A DNA stretch of 64,000 nt from Histomonas meleagridis 2922-C6/04-290x. Taxonomy: Eukaryota > Protista > Parabasalia. A model generated the notes under the pieces. That model did not search any database, was not told where the DNA came from, and saw only the letters and a list, made by a program, of their open reading frames with translations. Shown here one piece after another: positions 38,820-50,494 of the stretch; position 1 is the first letter of the stretch, and each line of letters begins with the position of its first letter. The stretch spans positions 62,001 to 126,000 of the forward strand of contig JAANOX010000269.1 of NCBI GenBank assembly GCA_020184695.1, read 5' to 3'. The translations under genes and the position numbers were made by a program.

Positions 38820-41800
38820 TCTAAGTTTCCGTTTAATGTGGCAAACCAAAGAGCTGAATTAAAAAACTTGAAAAAATGCCAAATATTATTTGGAATCATC
38901 AAATAATTAAAAAGAATATTAAATAAAATCAAATAGCATCTTCAACATAGGGATCAATTTTTTCATGACAAAGAAGTTTTTCAATGATTTTTTTGTGTTT
39001 TTTAATCACTGCTATCATAAGTGCTGTTTTATATACTTTTATAAAATTCCAAATATAATTTTTAAACATTAAAATAATAAAATATTCTTTATATAAAAAA
39101 TTGAATTATTTTTTAAATTAACATCAATTTGCTCATGGTTAAGAAGCAACTGAACAATATCTTTGTAACCTTTGGAAGATGCAATCATAAGTGCCGTTTT
39201 AAAAATTTTAATGTAAAGCCAAATATTATTTTTAATTTTTAAGATTATAGAATAAAAATTAATTATATTAAAAAAACATTTTGAGAATTAACATCAATCC
39301 CTTTTTGTTCAAGAAGCATTTGAACTATTTTTTCACAGTTCACTTTGGTTGCAAGAATAAGAGCTGTATCACATAAATTGAATAAATTCCATATTTGAAT
39401 CTTTGGAATAAACATGAAATAAACAAAAGTTACCATTTTATAATTTGTTTCATATTTTTCATCTTCTTTAAGTAACAGGTTTCCAATTTCAATGTGTCCT
39501 AATTCGAATTCTTTTGTGTATTTCGTTTTGATATATTCAAACAAAATTTAAACATTCATTTAAAATAGCAGATAATTCTAATAAACTTTGTTATGATTAA
39601 ATAAATACTTTTTATGTTAAGATTTATTTCCTCTTTCTGAATAAGTAATTCAACTATTGGCACATTTCCTCCTTTAGATGCTAACATAAGAGGAGTTTTA
39701 AATAATTCAAATAATGTCCAGTAAATAAATTTAAATATTAAATTATTATTATAAATTTTTAATGAAATGATAGAATATTTTTTACATTAATATCAATTCC
39801 TTCTTGCTCAAGAAGTAATTTAACTATATCAATGTTATCAAATTCGACTGCATAAATAAGTGCATTTTTAAATAATTTAAATAAGTTCCAAATAATCATT
39901 AAAATTATTCTAAAAATTAGAGGATCATGTAATTATAATAATAAATATTATGTTCATTTATATTAAAATCTTTTTGACTTAAAATATATTTTACAATTTC
40001 AATATTTCCATTTTTACATGCATGTAAAAATGCATGTTTGAAATAATATATAGGATTTTATATAATGATTTGAAACATCTTGTCAAAGAAATAAACATTA
40101 TCAATATCTTGGTTTTGACGCATCTGCATTTTTTCAAGAAATGATTTACCATAATCAATTATTTCTTTCTTAAGCGTTTCAAAATATAAGATATCATATA
40201 ATTTGAATAAATTCCACATGTCTCTTAAATATAAAAAAAATATTTAATACATCATTGTCAATGCATATCATTTCAGAAAGGATATATTTAAATATAACAT
40301 GAATATTTTTCATAGATATATTTTTTCTAGGTGACATAAATAATCTAAAAAAACATCAAATTTTAATTAAAAATATCAAATTTCAAATAAAGCACTAAAA
40401 ACAAAGATTATATATCATAATTTTGTGATACAATTTGGATTTGTTCAAGGAATGATAAAACTTTTTCTTTGAAACTAACTTCATATGCTGCAATGTATAA
40501 TGAATTTTTTAATAAAATAAAATCAAGAAACTACTAATATGATTTTAAAATAAAAAATTAAAATTAACATCATCTTCATTGAAACTAATTCCTTGATCCC
40601 AAAGTATACTAGTTAATACTGGAAAAAAATCAATTTTTAGTAATGCATAAAATTTTTCATGATAAAAATAAAATAATATTTATAAATTTTGAAATAAAAA
40701 AAAGTCAAAAAAAACATTATCAATATCATTACTTTCTATCTTTTCAGCAAGTAAATTAACAGTTCTTATCATAGCATCTTGATATGCTTCCAAGATTTGA
40801 TTATTAATTTTTAAAATTAAATAAAAAACTTAAATTAATTAATTAAACTTCGAATAATGAGAAAAAAATTCATTTTTATTTTCCATTTTATGTATCATAA
40901 TCATTTGAACAATTTCATCATGATGATTATCAGTTGCTAGCATAAGTGCTGTTTGAAATTAACTGAATTATTTCCAAATTAAGTTTTGGGTTTTCAAGTT
41001 AATAAAACAAACATCAAAAATATTCCAATAAATATTTTTTGTATTAATATTAATTCCTTTTTGTTCAAGTAATAATTTTTTTTTTTCAATTTTGGCGCCA
41101 AAATTTTGGAACTTGTGTTGCGCCAAACCAACAATAAATAAAAGCATTGACTCAAAGCAACAAATATCTTCTTTATTACATTATTCTTTAGATGTTCGTT
41201 TTTCTTTTCTCCGAAAGCGATTGTTCCTGGTGCATGTCGACTCAAAATCATCTTTTTCTGTTTTACAATGTGCAAAATATTAGATTTATTGTTTTTTATA
41301 ACATTTTTATCGACTAAATTTAGTTCAATCAATTTCTCGATCAAATAATATGCTTCTTGCGACTCAATTTTTTGTATATAATTACCAAAAATATTAATAA
41401 ACTTTAGATTCCTTTCTTCTTCTTTTGTTTGAATTTTTTCTACATATTTTATATATATATATATATCATTTACTTCTCTTTGTGAATAAAAAGCATAAAT
41501 AAAATTACTAATAATTAAATTATATGAATATGGATAATTAAAATCAGATAATTCCATTATTTGTTTGATAATTCGAGATTTTCTTCTGTTAAATTAAATA
41601 TGATTTGCTCAAGATTCAATAGCATTTTTATGTCATCCGATTTAGAATCACTTGTATCAATTTTTTTATATTTATTATTATTATTTTGCATTGTTCCTGA
41701 GATAAAATGAAATTTTAATTTCTGGGTAGCGGGTTCGGCATACGAATTAATTAATAAATTGATGATTAATGATATTGTCGGGAAATTCTCATACTTATCC

Positions 41801-41820
41801 GCAAATTCTAGGTCACTCAT
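38820..41820 (-). pseudogene. DUF3447/ankyrin-type gene relic with spacer-interrupted ankyrin array (loci 3 and 4)
   Basis: N-terminal MSDLEFADKYENF, HAPGTIAF and CWFGATQV fragments. Ankyrin cores from 38820 to 40040 with spacers of 83, 83, 83, 69, 83, 83 and 83 nt; another core at 40900-41085 with an 84-nt spacer. Confidence 0.7.
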
Positions 41821-42359
41821 CAGGTTCAAGTAAATTAGAGTTAAGTAATACAGCAAAGATTTGCTGAAAGACACAACTTGGAAGACGGCATTAAGTGATT
41901 GTTTATCGATAAACAAAACGCGTTGTAACAGGTTGCTGTACTTGATTACGTGGATTGGGTAGCCCAATGTTCTTACGAGGAGGAGGCTTCTTGTTGGAAG
42001 TGGAATCGGATTCTGATGACTACTTCTTTATTTAAAATAATTAACAAAAATTCAAATTTCTTCAAAATAAATAATATTATATATTTTTATATCCATATAA
42101 GGATGATAATTTTCATTTAATATATTAGTAATTTATATCATTTGCTTTCAGAACATTCACTAATCTATTTAATATGTTGATTCACATTCACATTATCATC
42201 CAGAAAAATAGGTCAAAATGGAAAGTATACTTAGAGTCTAATTAAAAAACTCGTTAATGTTCTATTGGCTTTAAATTCTAGAATGGTAATTTTATATCTA
42301 ATTTAGTAGAATTCTAAAAAAACTTTTATTTTATAGATGCGAGATTTTTTAAAAAAATA

Positions 42360-43181
42360 TCAAATATCGAGCTCATCAGGTGCCACAAACCCGTGCTCTT
42401 CGTCTGTTTCATATAGAATATTTAGGATTTGATTTGCAAGTTCGCTATCTTCATTATCTTGACAAATTACTTCGACTTTTTGAAGCTTTTCATAATAGAA
42501 AGTCCTTTCTTCTACAAGGATTTGGTTGTCTTTTTTTAGTTCTTCGAGTTTTGCTTTCAGTTGTTTGATCTCTACTGATGATGATGTTGTTCGAGCAGGT
42601 GTAAGAGCTGGTTTTGCGTTTGATCGAAGAGTTGGTTTTGCGCGAGGGGCAGGAGTTGGTGCAGGGTTTGATTTTATTGTTGTTTTTGGTTTTGTAGGCT
42701 GAGTTGATTTTGGAACATTAATTGTAACTCTCTGTGTTGTCTTTGTGGATGTTTGTCTTTTTGTTGATGATCCTGTTCTGCCTTTAGCACCAGGTTCTTT
42801 GCATTTGCATTGTGCCCGTCTTCCAGGTCCATCATATTCACCACCTGTATAATTCATATCAAAATAATGTTTAACCCATTGAAGCATTTCAAGTGATGCT
42901 GCACATCTCCCTTTAATAATTGTTTCTACATCTATTGGTTTTGATATATGAAGCTTACTAAATGCGTCTTGGAGAATTTTGTAATTATAAATCATCTCTG
43001 GTTCTGTTATAGCATTAAAGTTTACATTACTTAGTTTTATTGATCCAGGATAGAGAGCATCAAAAACTTGACAATATGCAGCGCCATTGCAAGTTTCTTC
43101 AGGTTTTCGATAATTTGTACCAAGGAGTGTATTTAACCAATCTAAAAGCTCACCACGTGAGGGGATGCCTGTATTATTCAT
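42360..43181 (-). CDS. EB1: EB1/MAPRE microtubule end-binding protein
   Basis: CH domain SRGELLDWLN...GAAYCQ...NYKILQ...LEMLQW; EBH ERTFYYEKLQKVE...ILYETDE. Confidence 0.95.
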   Translation of the reverse strand: MNNTGIPSRGELLDWLNTLLGTNYRKPEETCNGAAYCQVFDALYPGSIKLSNVNFNAITEPEMIYNYKILQDAFSKLHISKPIDVETIIKGRCAASLEMLQWVKHYFDMNYTGGEYDGPGRRAQCKCKEPGAKGRTGSSTKRQTSTKTTQRVTINVPKSTQPTKPKTTIKSNPAPTPAPRAKPTLRSNAKPALTPARTTSSSVEIKQLKAKLEELKKDNQILVEERTFYYEKLQKVEVICQDNEDSELANQILNILYETDEEHGFVAPDELDI

Positions 43182-43283
43182 TCTCTTTCTGAAAATCTAA
43201 ACGCATGAAATAGAACGTTAAAGTGCAAGTGACCGTTAATCATAACAACGGTTTTAAAACGGTTTTGGCCGGCCTTTTCTTTC
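43182..43283. promoter_or_regulatory. Compact bidirectional promoter (M2, M3 in both orientations, M5)
   Basis: AAGTGAC 43227, GACCGTT 43231 (reverse M3), AACGGTTT 43247 and 43258, CCTTTT 43273. Confidence 0.65.
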
Positions 43284-44060
43284 ATGCCACGTTGCCAACG
43301 TAAGCACTTAAAGCGCCTTGCAGCCCCACACCACTGGATGCTTGCAAAAACAGCCGGTAAGTTTGCAACAAGTCCATCATCTGGTCCACATAAACTTAGG
43401 GAATGTCTTCCAATCACAATTTTCCTTCGTAACCGTCTTAAGTATGCTCTTAACGCTCGTGAAGTTACAGCAATTGTTGCTCGTAGACTTGTTAAGGTTG
43501 ATGGAAAAGTTCGTACTGATCCACGTTTCCCAGCAGGTCTCATGGATGTTATTGAACTCGGAAAGTCTAATGAACAATTCCGTCTCCTCTACGACGCCAA
43601 GGGACGTTTTGTTGCCCACAAGATCGAACCAAAAGAAGCCGAATTCAAGCTTCTCCGTATCAACAAATATTTCATTGGTGAACGTGGAGTTCCACATCTC
43701 GTTGCTCATGATGGCCATACCCTCCGTTATGTTGATCCATCAATCCGTATGAATGATACAGTTAAGTATAATCTTAAGACACATGAAGTTGATAACTTCA
43801 TCAAGTTCGAGAAAGGTAATGTTGCTATGGTCACATCCGGTGGTAACGTTGGTCGTGTTGGTGTCATCCAATCCATCGAACCACAAATGGTCGGATTCTC
43901 AATTGTTCACATCAAAGATGCATCCGGCGCTGAATTCGCTACACGTATTCCAAACGTTTTCGTTATTGGCCAAGGTGAAAACCCACTCATCAGCCTTCCA
44001 CGTCGTGCTGGTGTTCGTCCATCAATTCTTGAAGGTATCGATATTGAAACACAAGAATAA
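43284..44060 (+). CDS. RPS4: 40S ribosomal protein S4 (eS4)
   Basis: RKHLKRLAAPHHWML, GPHKLRECLP, VDGKVRTD and GGNVGRVG. Confidence 0.98.
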   Translation: MPRCQRKHLKRLAAPHHWMLAKTAGKFATSPSSGPHKLRECLPITIFLRNRLKYALNAREVTAIVARRLVKVDGKVRTDPRFPAGLMDVIELGKSNEQFRLLYDAKGRFVAHKIEPKEAEFKLLRINKYFIGERGVPHLVAHDGHTLRYVDPSIRMNDTVKYNLKTHEVDNFIKFEKGNVAMVTSGGNVGRVGVIQSIEPQMVGFSIVHIKDASGAEFATRIPNVFVIGQGENPLISLPRRAGVRPSILEGIDIETQE

Positions 44061-45109
44061 GCAAAATTAACTAAATAATTATTTTTAACTTGCTTTAAAA
44101 TATAAAATGAATTTGATGAACATTCTTAGCTTAAATAAATTTTTCACAGATGCAATTTTGACATCATTGCAAGAAAATCAAATTCAAATTAATCCCAAAA
44201 TTGAATGATTTTTGAGAATTTTCGTACAGTACACATTATAAAAACTCTTTAGAAAGTTGGAAATTTGTTTTGTTTAAATTGCAATAATGCGCGTTGAATA
44301 TACAGATTCCAATCCAAATGGGCTTGACCGTTTTTATGAAAAAGTGGTGGAAACTCAAAATAAAACAAAAATACTTTCATTGATAAACAATATTTATTAA
44401 TATTTATAAATGCATTTAGATATATAATTTTATATTGAAATATTATTTTTAAAATTTGAAGAGAGAATAAAAAAATTAGAAAAAGTGTTTATTTATGAAT
44501 CCAAATACTTTCCTTCTTGCTCCGGGAAAATTACTTTGAAAATCGTTCTTCTGATATTATGTTTAATCCCTCTATCTTTTCCTTAATTTGATTTTCGTTT
44601 ATGCCTACGTTCAAAAATACATATCTATTGTTAGTAAAGATTGTAACAATCTCAAATGCCCTTAAATATTTATATATATTGTGTGCATGCGAATTTTTTT
44701 GGAATGGTGAAGTAATGCTTTGAAACACCAAAAGTGACTAATTTGAAGAAAATTCAAAGTAATATGATCCTCCAATAATGCGGTTTACGATGTAACACTA
44801 TTCAATCTCGAACTCTTCCCTTCTCTACAATTAACAAGATAATATCTAATGAAAAAACAGTGTTTTTCATTTTGGGCAAAAACCTAACAAAATGGACAGA
44901 GTGTACAACGTTCTGATTAAATAATCACTTAACCGCAAAATTAATGTCGATCGATCTATCCACGATGAAAAACGCGAGAGAAACCCCGACGAAAATAAAA
45001 TCATTTCCAAATGAACATTTTATTATAAATTTGTTTTTGAAGATCATTTGACCAGACAAATTCGAACAAAGCCATTCAATTAATGATATAAACCGTTTTT
45101 TATTTACCA

Positions 45110-48100
45110 ATGTTTGTGAAATTAGAACTCGAGACAGAGCGCGTCAAAGGGCTCTGTTTCCACCAAAGCAGGCCGTGGCTCCTTGTCTCTTTTCACAACG
45201 GCGAAATCGTCATCTATGACTACGAAGTTGGCGTTCCCCTTCAGAAGTACAACGAAACAGATCAGTCGGTTCGTTCTGTTGATTTCCATCCGACGCTTCC
45301 ACTATTTTGCGCTGGTGGCGACGACAATTGTGTTCGCGTATTTGATTATGAAAAACAAAGATGTATTTGTACATTTACTGATCATCTTGATTATGTTCGA
45401 ACGGTCCAATTCCACCCAACTCGTCCTTATATCGTTAGTGCTTCCGATGATCAAACAATTCGTATATGGAATTTCGAAACGAGATCTTCAGTATCTGTCA
45501 TTTCTGGACATAACCATTACGTGATGTCGGCATTCTTCCATCCAACTCAGCCATTGATTATTTCGGCTTCGTTAGATGACACAGTTCGTGTTTGGGATAT
45601 TTCCGCAATATTTAACAGCGGTCAAATCGGTGGACTTTTCTCACTTACAGACGCGGTCCTTAAGTTCCAACAAGAGGAACATGTCTACGGCGTTAATTGG
45701 GCACAATGGCATCCATCTCGTCCATTAGCTATTTCATGTTCCGATGATCAAACAGTCAAAGTATGGAAGCTATCAGATACCGAGTTCTCAGTTATTGCGA
45801 CGCTTCGTTCTCATCATACATCAAACGTATCTTGCGCTATCTATCACCCAACCGTCGATGTCATAATTTCGTGTTCAGAGGACAAAACCGTCCATTTGTG
45901 GGACGCAAAACGGTTTCTGCATTTAGCTAAGTATCGGCGAAATGACGATCGGTTTTGGATGTTGGCCACGCACCCGACGCAGCCATTGTTTGCTGCGGGA
46001 CATGACACCGGCTTCATAGTGTTCCGTATGATGCGTCAGCGTCCTACATTTGATGTATATGCAGATAACATATTCTATTATAAAGAAAACGCAATCAGAA
46101 AGTATAGCTACCGAAACCAAAGCGATGGCATTGTGGGTATTACTCGTCCTTGTCCTACCGGAAATCGTTCAACGCCATTAGATCCTCCACCGTTAAGATT
46201 CAGTTATTCTTCTGTCCAAAACAAATTACTCGTCGGCCATCAAAACAAGTTCGAGTTACATAACTTAGAAAACTCTAATGGAAATAGTGAGCAAAATGTA
46301 ATTAATGGCCATGACCCAATATGGATATCAAGAAGTCAATTTGCTTATTTGGGAGACAGTGATAGTCAATTACTTGTCAAAGAACTTAATGGCTCATCGA
46401 CTACTAAGATCCCAATTCCTCAAACCAAAAAGATATTTTCCGCAACTAATCGAAATATCTTTTTAGTATCGAATGAAACGGTGTATTTGTTTGATACAAT
46501 GCGACGAAACATTGTTGCGACACGATCCATTCCAGACATTCGATTCATTTATTTATCGAATGACAAAAAACTTGTTTCATTCATCGGGTTATATTCCATC
46601 ACAATATCCACAATTGATATGAATAATGTTATGACATATTACGATGGCTCCCGCATCAAAAGTGGCGCCTGGTCGGACGGATTCTTCATCTACTCCACTA
46701 ATACACATATTAAGTATTTGTTACCTAACGGCGACAATGGAATTATTCGAAGCCTTAACGAACGTTTGTACATTACGTTTATCACTGATAAACAAGTTAT
46801 TTGTTTGAATAGTAACAATGAAATTCGTAAGATAGACATTGACTTATTAGAGTGTAAATTCAAATTAGCTCTTTCTAATAATGACATGGTCAAAGTTAAA
46901 TCGATATTAAAGAATGCGAAACTTTGTAGCGAAAGTATTATCGACTTCTTACAAAAAAGAGGACATCCAGAAATTGCAATTTGTTTTGTTAATGATCCAA
47001 AGACTAAATTCCAATTAGCAATAAATTCAGGTGACTTAAAGACAGCAGCAGAAGAAATACAACAAAACACTAATAATGATCCGAACATGTGGGAAACATT
47101 AGCAGATGAAGCCATGTTACATGGTAACTTTGTACAAGCAGAAAATGCTATAAAGAAGTCAGGTAATTTGGAACGATTATCATTCTTCTATTTAATTAGT
47201 GGACAACTCCAAAAATTAAATGAAATGAAATGTAATGAAACTTTATCATTACAAAGATCGATTTGGTTAAATGATCGTAAAAACATATTTGATATTGTCA
47301 AAGATATTAATCCAACAATTTCATATATAGCAGCAAATAATAATGAAGAATTATTAAAGAAAGTTAATTTGGATGAAGAAGTTAAAGATAAATTAAAACA
47401 AAATGTTAATATTAAAGCTGACTTACAATCAACAAATGTTAATAAAGATATTGAAGATTGGCCATTATTAAATATAACACAACCAATATTTGACTTTACT
47501 CCGAATAAGAATAAGTCAATTATCGATCAAATAGATGATGATGATGATGAAGGTAATGGTTGGGGTGATGATGACATTGATAATTTATTAGATAATACAA
47601 ATGAAAATAATAAAAATATTGATGAAGCTTTCGATGGTGGTTCCAATTGGGATATTGATGATGACTTAAATATCGATGAATCAATTTTAGGTTCTACTAA
47701 TGGTAATATGTTCATACCGACAAATGGTGAAGATATCCATGATAAATGGAGCGCCAATTCGAATGTACCTGGAGAAATTATTGCGGCGGGTTACTTTGGT
47801 CAAGCATTACAAACATTAAATGATCAAATAGCTTTGATTAATTCAAAGCCTTTAAAGGATTTGTTCATTCAAACTTATTTAAGTTCAAATGGTGTAATTC
47901 CAACAATGGCTTCTTCACCAATTTTAACGATACCGTTGTCAGTTATGTTCGGTAATGGTATAGCACCAATAAGTTCATTTAGTTTGGAACGATTTAATTT
48001 GATGGTTAATAATGGAAAGAGTTTGTTTTATTCCGGGAAATTCCAAGAATCATTTGATATGTTTCAATCGATACTTCATTCGATAGTTGTTTCAATATGT

Positions 48101-48655
48101 TCAACACAAAATGAATTTAATGAAATTAAGAAAATTATTAATGTTTGTAGAAATTATTTGATCGGATTATTGTTAGAAATTAATAGAAAACAAAATAATG
48201 ATAACCCTGCAAGACAAACTGAGTTAGCAGCTTATTTCACTCATTGTAAATTAGACCCAATTCATTTAAGATTAACTTTACAAAGTGCGATGAGGATTGC
48301 ATTTAGGTTCAAATACTTTAATTTGTCTTACGAATTCGCTTCAAGATTGTTAGAATTAACTCCTTCGCCTAAAGTTGCCGAACAAGCCAAAAAAGTTGTT
48401 CACGCATCAAAAGCTGCTGATGCGCAAAAACAACAGCAACCGCCAAAAATTAACTACGATTCAAGGAACCCCTTTGAAATCTGTTGTAAATCTTTGACAC
48501 CGATTTATAGGGGTACCCAAAAGGTGGAGTGCCCGTTTTGTGGTGCATGCTATAAAACAGAATTTAAGGGTTGTAAATGCCAAATTTGTGATTTGTCAAA
48601 GGTCGGAGCAAAGACTTCGGGCCTTAATTTGGTAAGACAAAGAAGAGATGAGTAA
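45110..48655 (+). CDS. COPA: Coatomer subunit alpha (alpha-COP)
   Basis: RVKGLCFH..RPW, WD40s HLDYVRT and GHNHYVMSAFFHP, RIKSGAW, LAAYFTHC and a C-terminal CPFCG zinc motif. Confidence 0.97.
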   Translation: MFVKLELETERVKGLCFHQSRPWLLVSFHNGEIVIYDYEVGVPLQKYNETDQSVRSVDFHPTLPLFCAGGDDNCVRVFDYEKQRCICTFTDHLDYVRTVQFHPTRPYIVSASDDQTIRIWNFETRSSVSVISGHNHYVMSAFFHPTQPLIISASLDDTVRVWDISAIFNSGQIGGLFSLTDAVLKFQQEEHVYGVNWAQWHPSRPLAISCSDDQTVKVWKLSDTEFSVIATLRSHHTSNVSCAIYHPTVDVIISCSEDKTVHLWDAKRFLHLAKYRRNDDRFWMLATHPTQPLFAAGHDTGFIVFRMMRQRPTFDVYADNIFYYKENAIRKYSYRNQSDGIVGITRPCPTGNRSTPLDPPPLRFSYSSVQNKLLVGHQNKFELHNLENSNGNSEQNVINGHDPIWISRSQFAYLGDSDSQLLVKELNGSSTTKIPIPQTKKIFSATNRNIFLVSNETVYLFDTMRRNIVATRSIPDIRFIYLSNDKKLVSFIGLYSITISTIDMNNVMTYYDGSRIKSGAWSDGFFIYSTNTHIKYLLPNGDNGIIRSLNERLYITFITDKQVICLNSNNEIRKIDIDLLECKFKLALSNNDMVKVKSILKNAKLCSESIIDFLQKRGHPEIAICFVNDPKTKFQLAINSGDLKTAAEEIQQNTNNDPNMWETLADEAMLHGNFVQAENAIKKSGNLERLSFFYLISGQLQKLNEMKCNETLSLQRSIWLNDRKNIFDIVKDINPTISYIAANNNEELLKKVNLDEEVKDKLKQNVNIKADLQSTNVNKDIEDWPLLNITQPIFDFTPNKNKSIIDQIDDDDDEGNGWGDDDIDNLLDNTNENNKNIDEAFDGGSNWDIDDDLNIDESILGSTNGNMFIPTNGEDIHDKWSANSNVPGEIIAAGYFGQALQTLNDQIALINSKPLKDLFIQTYLSSNGVIPTMASSPILTIPLSVMFGNGIAPISSFSLERFNLMVNNGKSLFYSGKFQESFDMFQSILHSIVVSICSTQNEFNEIKKIINVCRNYLIGLLLEINRKQNNDNPARQTELAAYFTHCKLDPIHLRLTLQSAMRIAFRFKYFNLSYEFASRLLELTPSPKVAEQAKKVVHASKAADAQKQQQPPKINYDSRNPFEICCKSLTPIYRGTQKVECPFCGACYKTEFKGCKCQICDLSKVGAKTSGLNLVRQRRDE

Positions 48656-49010
48656 AAATGGATTTGATATTAATTATTTTTGCATCAATTAAATGTTTTG
48701 GGCATTTGTTTATGATGCTATGATTCGCAATTTAAAGAGGAAATATTGTTGTGGAACAAATTGAATTTATGGATAACACAAAACGCAAAAACGATTAAAT
48801 TTAATTCAAAACAAAAATGTTGATTGCCAAATCATGAACAAAATTCTCCTAAAAAAAACAAAGCATATCACAATAACGAATACTTATTGATTACGATCAT
48901 AAAAATATAAAGTTTCTAATTGTTTTTTAGCGCTCCTGTTTTTTTTTAAAAAGTGCATAATACAACCGTTTAACATTTAAGTTCAATACAAACAAACTTA
49001 TGTCAAATAC

Positions 49011-49030
49011 GGCGGTTATGGTCTTCCTTT
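49011..49030 (+). promoter_or_regulatory. M3 (GGCGGTTA) plus M5 (CCTTT) ribosomal-protein-type promoter
   Basis: M3 at 49011-49018 and CCTTT at 49026-49030, 6 nt before the ATG. Confidence 0.65.
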
Positions 49031-49036
49031 TGGAGA

Positions 49037-49555
49037 ATGGCTCAGAAACAAAACAAGCTCAATGAAATCCGCGTTTCCAAGCTCTGCATCAACATCAACC
49101 CTGGTTCAGTTGGTGATCAAGTTACACGTGCTTCCCGTGTTATCGAACAATTAACCAAGCAAAAGGCAATGCTTGCACGTTCTCACCGTACAATTCCAAA
49201 GTTCGGCGTTCGTCGTAACGATAAAATCGCTGCCTATGTTACAGTTCGTGGTCAAAATGCTCTTAAGATCTTAAATGATGCCCTCCAAGTTCACGATTTT
49301 GAAATCAGCTCACACTGCTTCTCAAGCACTGGTAACTTTGGATTCGGTATCAAGGAACATATTGATCTTGGTCTTAAATACGATCGTGATATCGGTATCC
49401 ATGGTATGGATCTTTATGTTGTTCTTGAACGCCCAGGTGCACGTGTTGCCAAGAGGAAGCACTGCCGCTCCAGGATCGGTCCAAAGCAAAGGGTTACAAA
49501 GGAAGAAGCCAAAGAATGGTACATCCAAAAGTTCCAAGGAACTCTTCTTAAGTAA
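49037..49555 (+). CDS. RPL11: 60S ribosomal protein L11 (uL5)
   Basis: KLCINI, RRNDKIA, FSSTGNFGFGIKEHIDLG and IGIHGMD..VVLERPG. Confidence 0.98.
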   Translation: MAQKQNKLNEIRVSKLCININPGSVGDQVTRASRVIEQLTKQKAMLARSHRTIPKFGVRRNDKIAAYVTVRGQNALKILNDALQVHDFEISSHCFSSTGNFGFGIKEHIDLGLKYDRDIGIHGMDLYVVLERPGARVAKRKHCRSRIGPKQRVTKEEAKEWYIQKFQGTLLK

Positions 49556-49717
49556 ACAAAACACATCACATTAATATATTCTAGCATAAAAGCCAATTAT
49601 TTAAAAAAAAATTAAATAATTTTAATAATTATCAATTACAAAATAATTCTTAATTCATTTTTTATTTTATTGCATTCCAAAATACATTTTATAAAGGCGC
49701 AAATTACAAACATTTTA

Positions 49718-50494
49718 TTATGAATTTTCCAATATTTTTGGATCATCTTTTTCATCGTTTTCTTCCGTGTCTTCTATTGGTTTTGGATCATCTTTTTCGT
49801 CATTTTTGGGTGCAAGCATGTCATAAATAGTATATATAATCAAAACAATCATTGGAGACTTAAATACTAATTCTAATATTCTTAATTTGAATCGATCACA
49901 TTTTTCGCATTCGGTTTTAATTAACTCCTTAAGGGCTCTTGATGTCATGTTTTGATCTGCTTCTTCAGGCGTGAAGTTAAATTGACCAAATAGCCATTGA
50001 TAAAATTCAGGATTTAGAGAGCTATCACGAATATACTTATATGTGCTCTTGTAATAGCTTTCATATTTGGATGGTGCAACATTTATAAGAATGCCAAGGC
50101 ACCATACAATCATCGCAATATAAAAAATAACCATAAATAAAAAAATAAGGAACGTATAGCTTGCACAACAAACATTTGATTTGGGATTTTTTTGATATTT
50201 ATAACAGCCTAAACACACCAAACAGGCAAAAAAGAAAAATAAAAATGTTAAAACTATAATAATAATTGATGAATTACTTTCACGTGATAATATCAAATCA
50301 TCAAATATTTGATCTGCTTTCGCAATGTAGCAAAATTCAACATAAAATGAAATGATGAAAGATATGAATAGTGAAGTAAAACAAACAACCAGTAATATGC
50401 ATTCATTCTTAGTGCACATTTGATAATGGTGTGATTCTTCTGAGTGGTCTGATGGAAAATCTGATAAAAGTTCGTCTTCATTTACTTCTGACAT
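49718..50494 (-). CDS. Multi-pass membrane protein of unknown family (tetraspanin-like topology)
   Basis: Three N-terminal TM segments, a Cys-containing loop of about 70 aa, a fourth hydrophobic segment, and a duplicated NDEKDDPK tail. Confidence 0.55.
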   Translation of the reverse strand: MSEVNEDELLSDFPSDHSEESHHYQMCTKNECILLVVCFTSLFISFIISFYVEFCYIAKADQIFDDLILSRESNSSIIIIVLTFLFFFFACLVCLGCYKYQKNPKSNVCCASYTFLIFLFMVIFYIAMIVWCLGILINVAPSKYESYYKSTYKYIRDSSLNPEFYQWLFGQFNFTPEEADQNMTSRALKELIKTECEKCDRFKLRILELVFKSPMIVLIIYTIYDMLAPKNDEKDDPKPIEDTEENDEKDDPKILENS

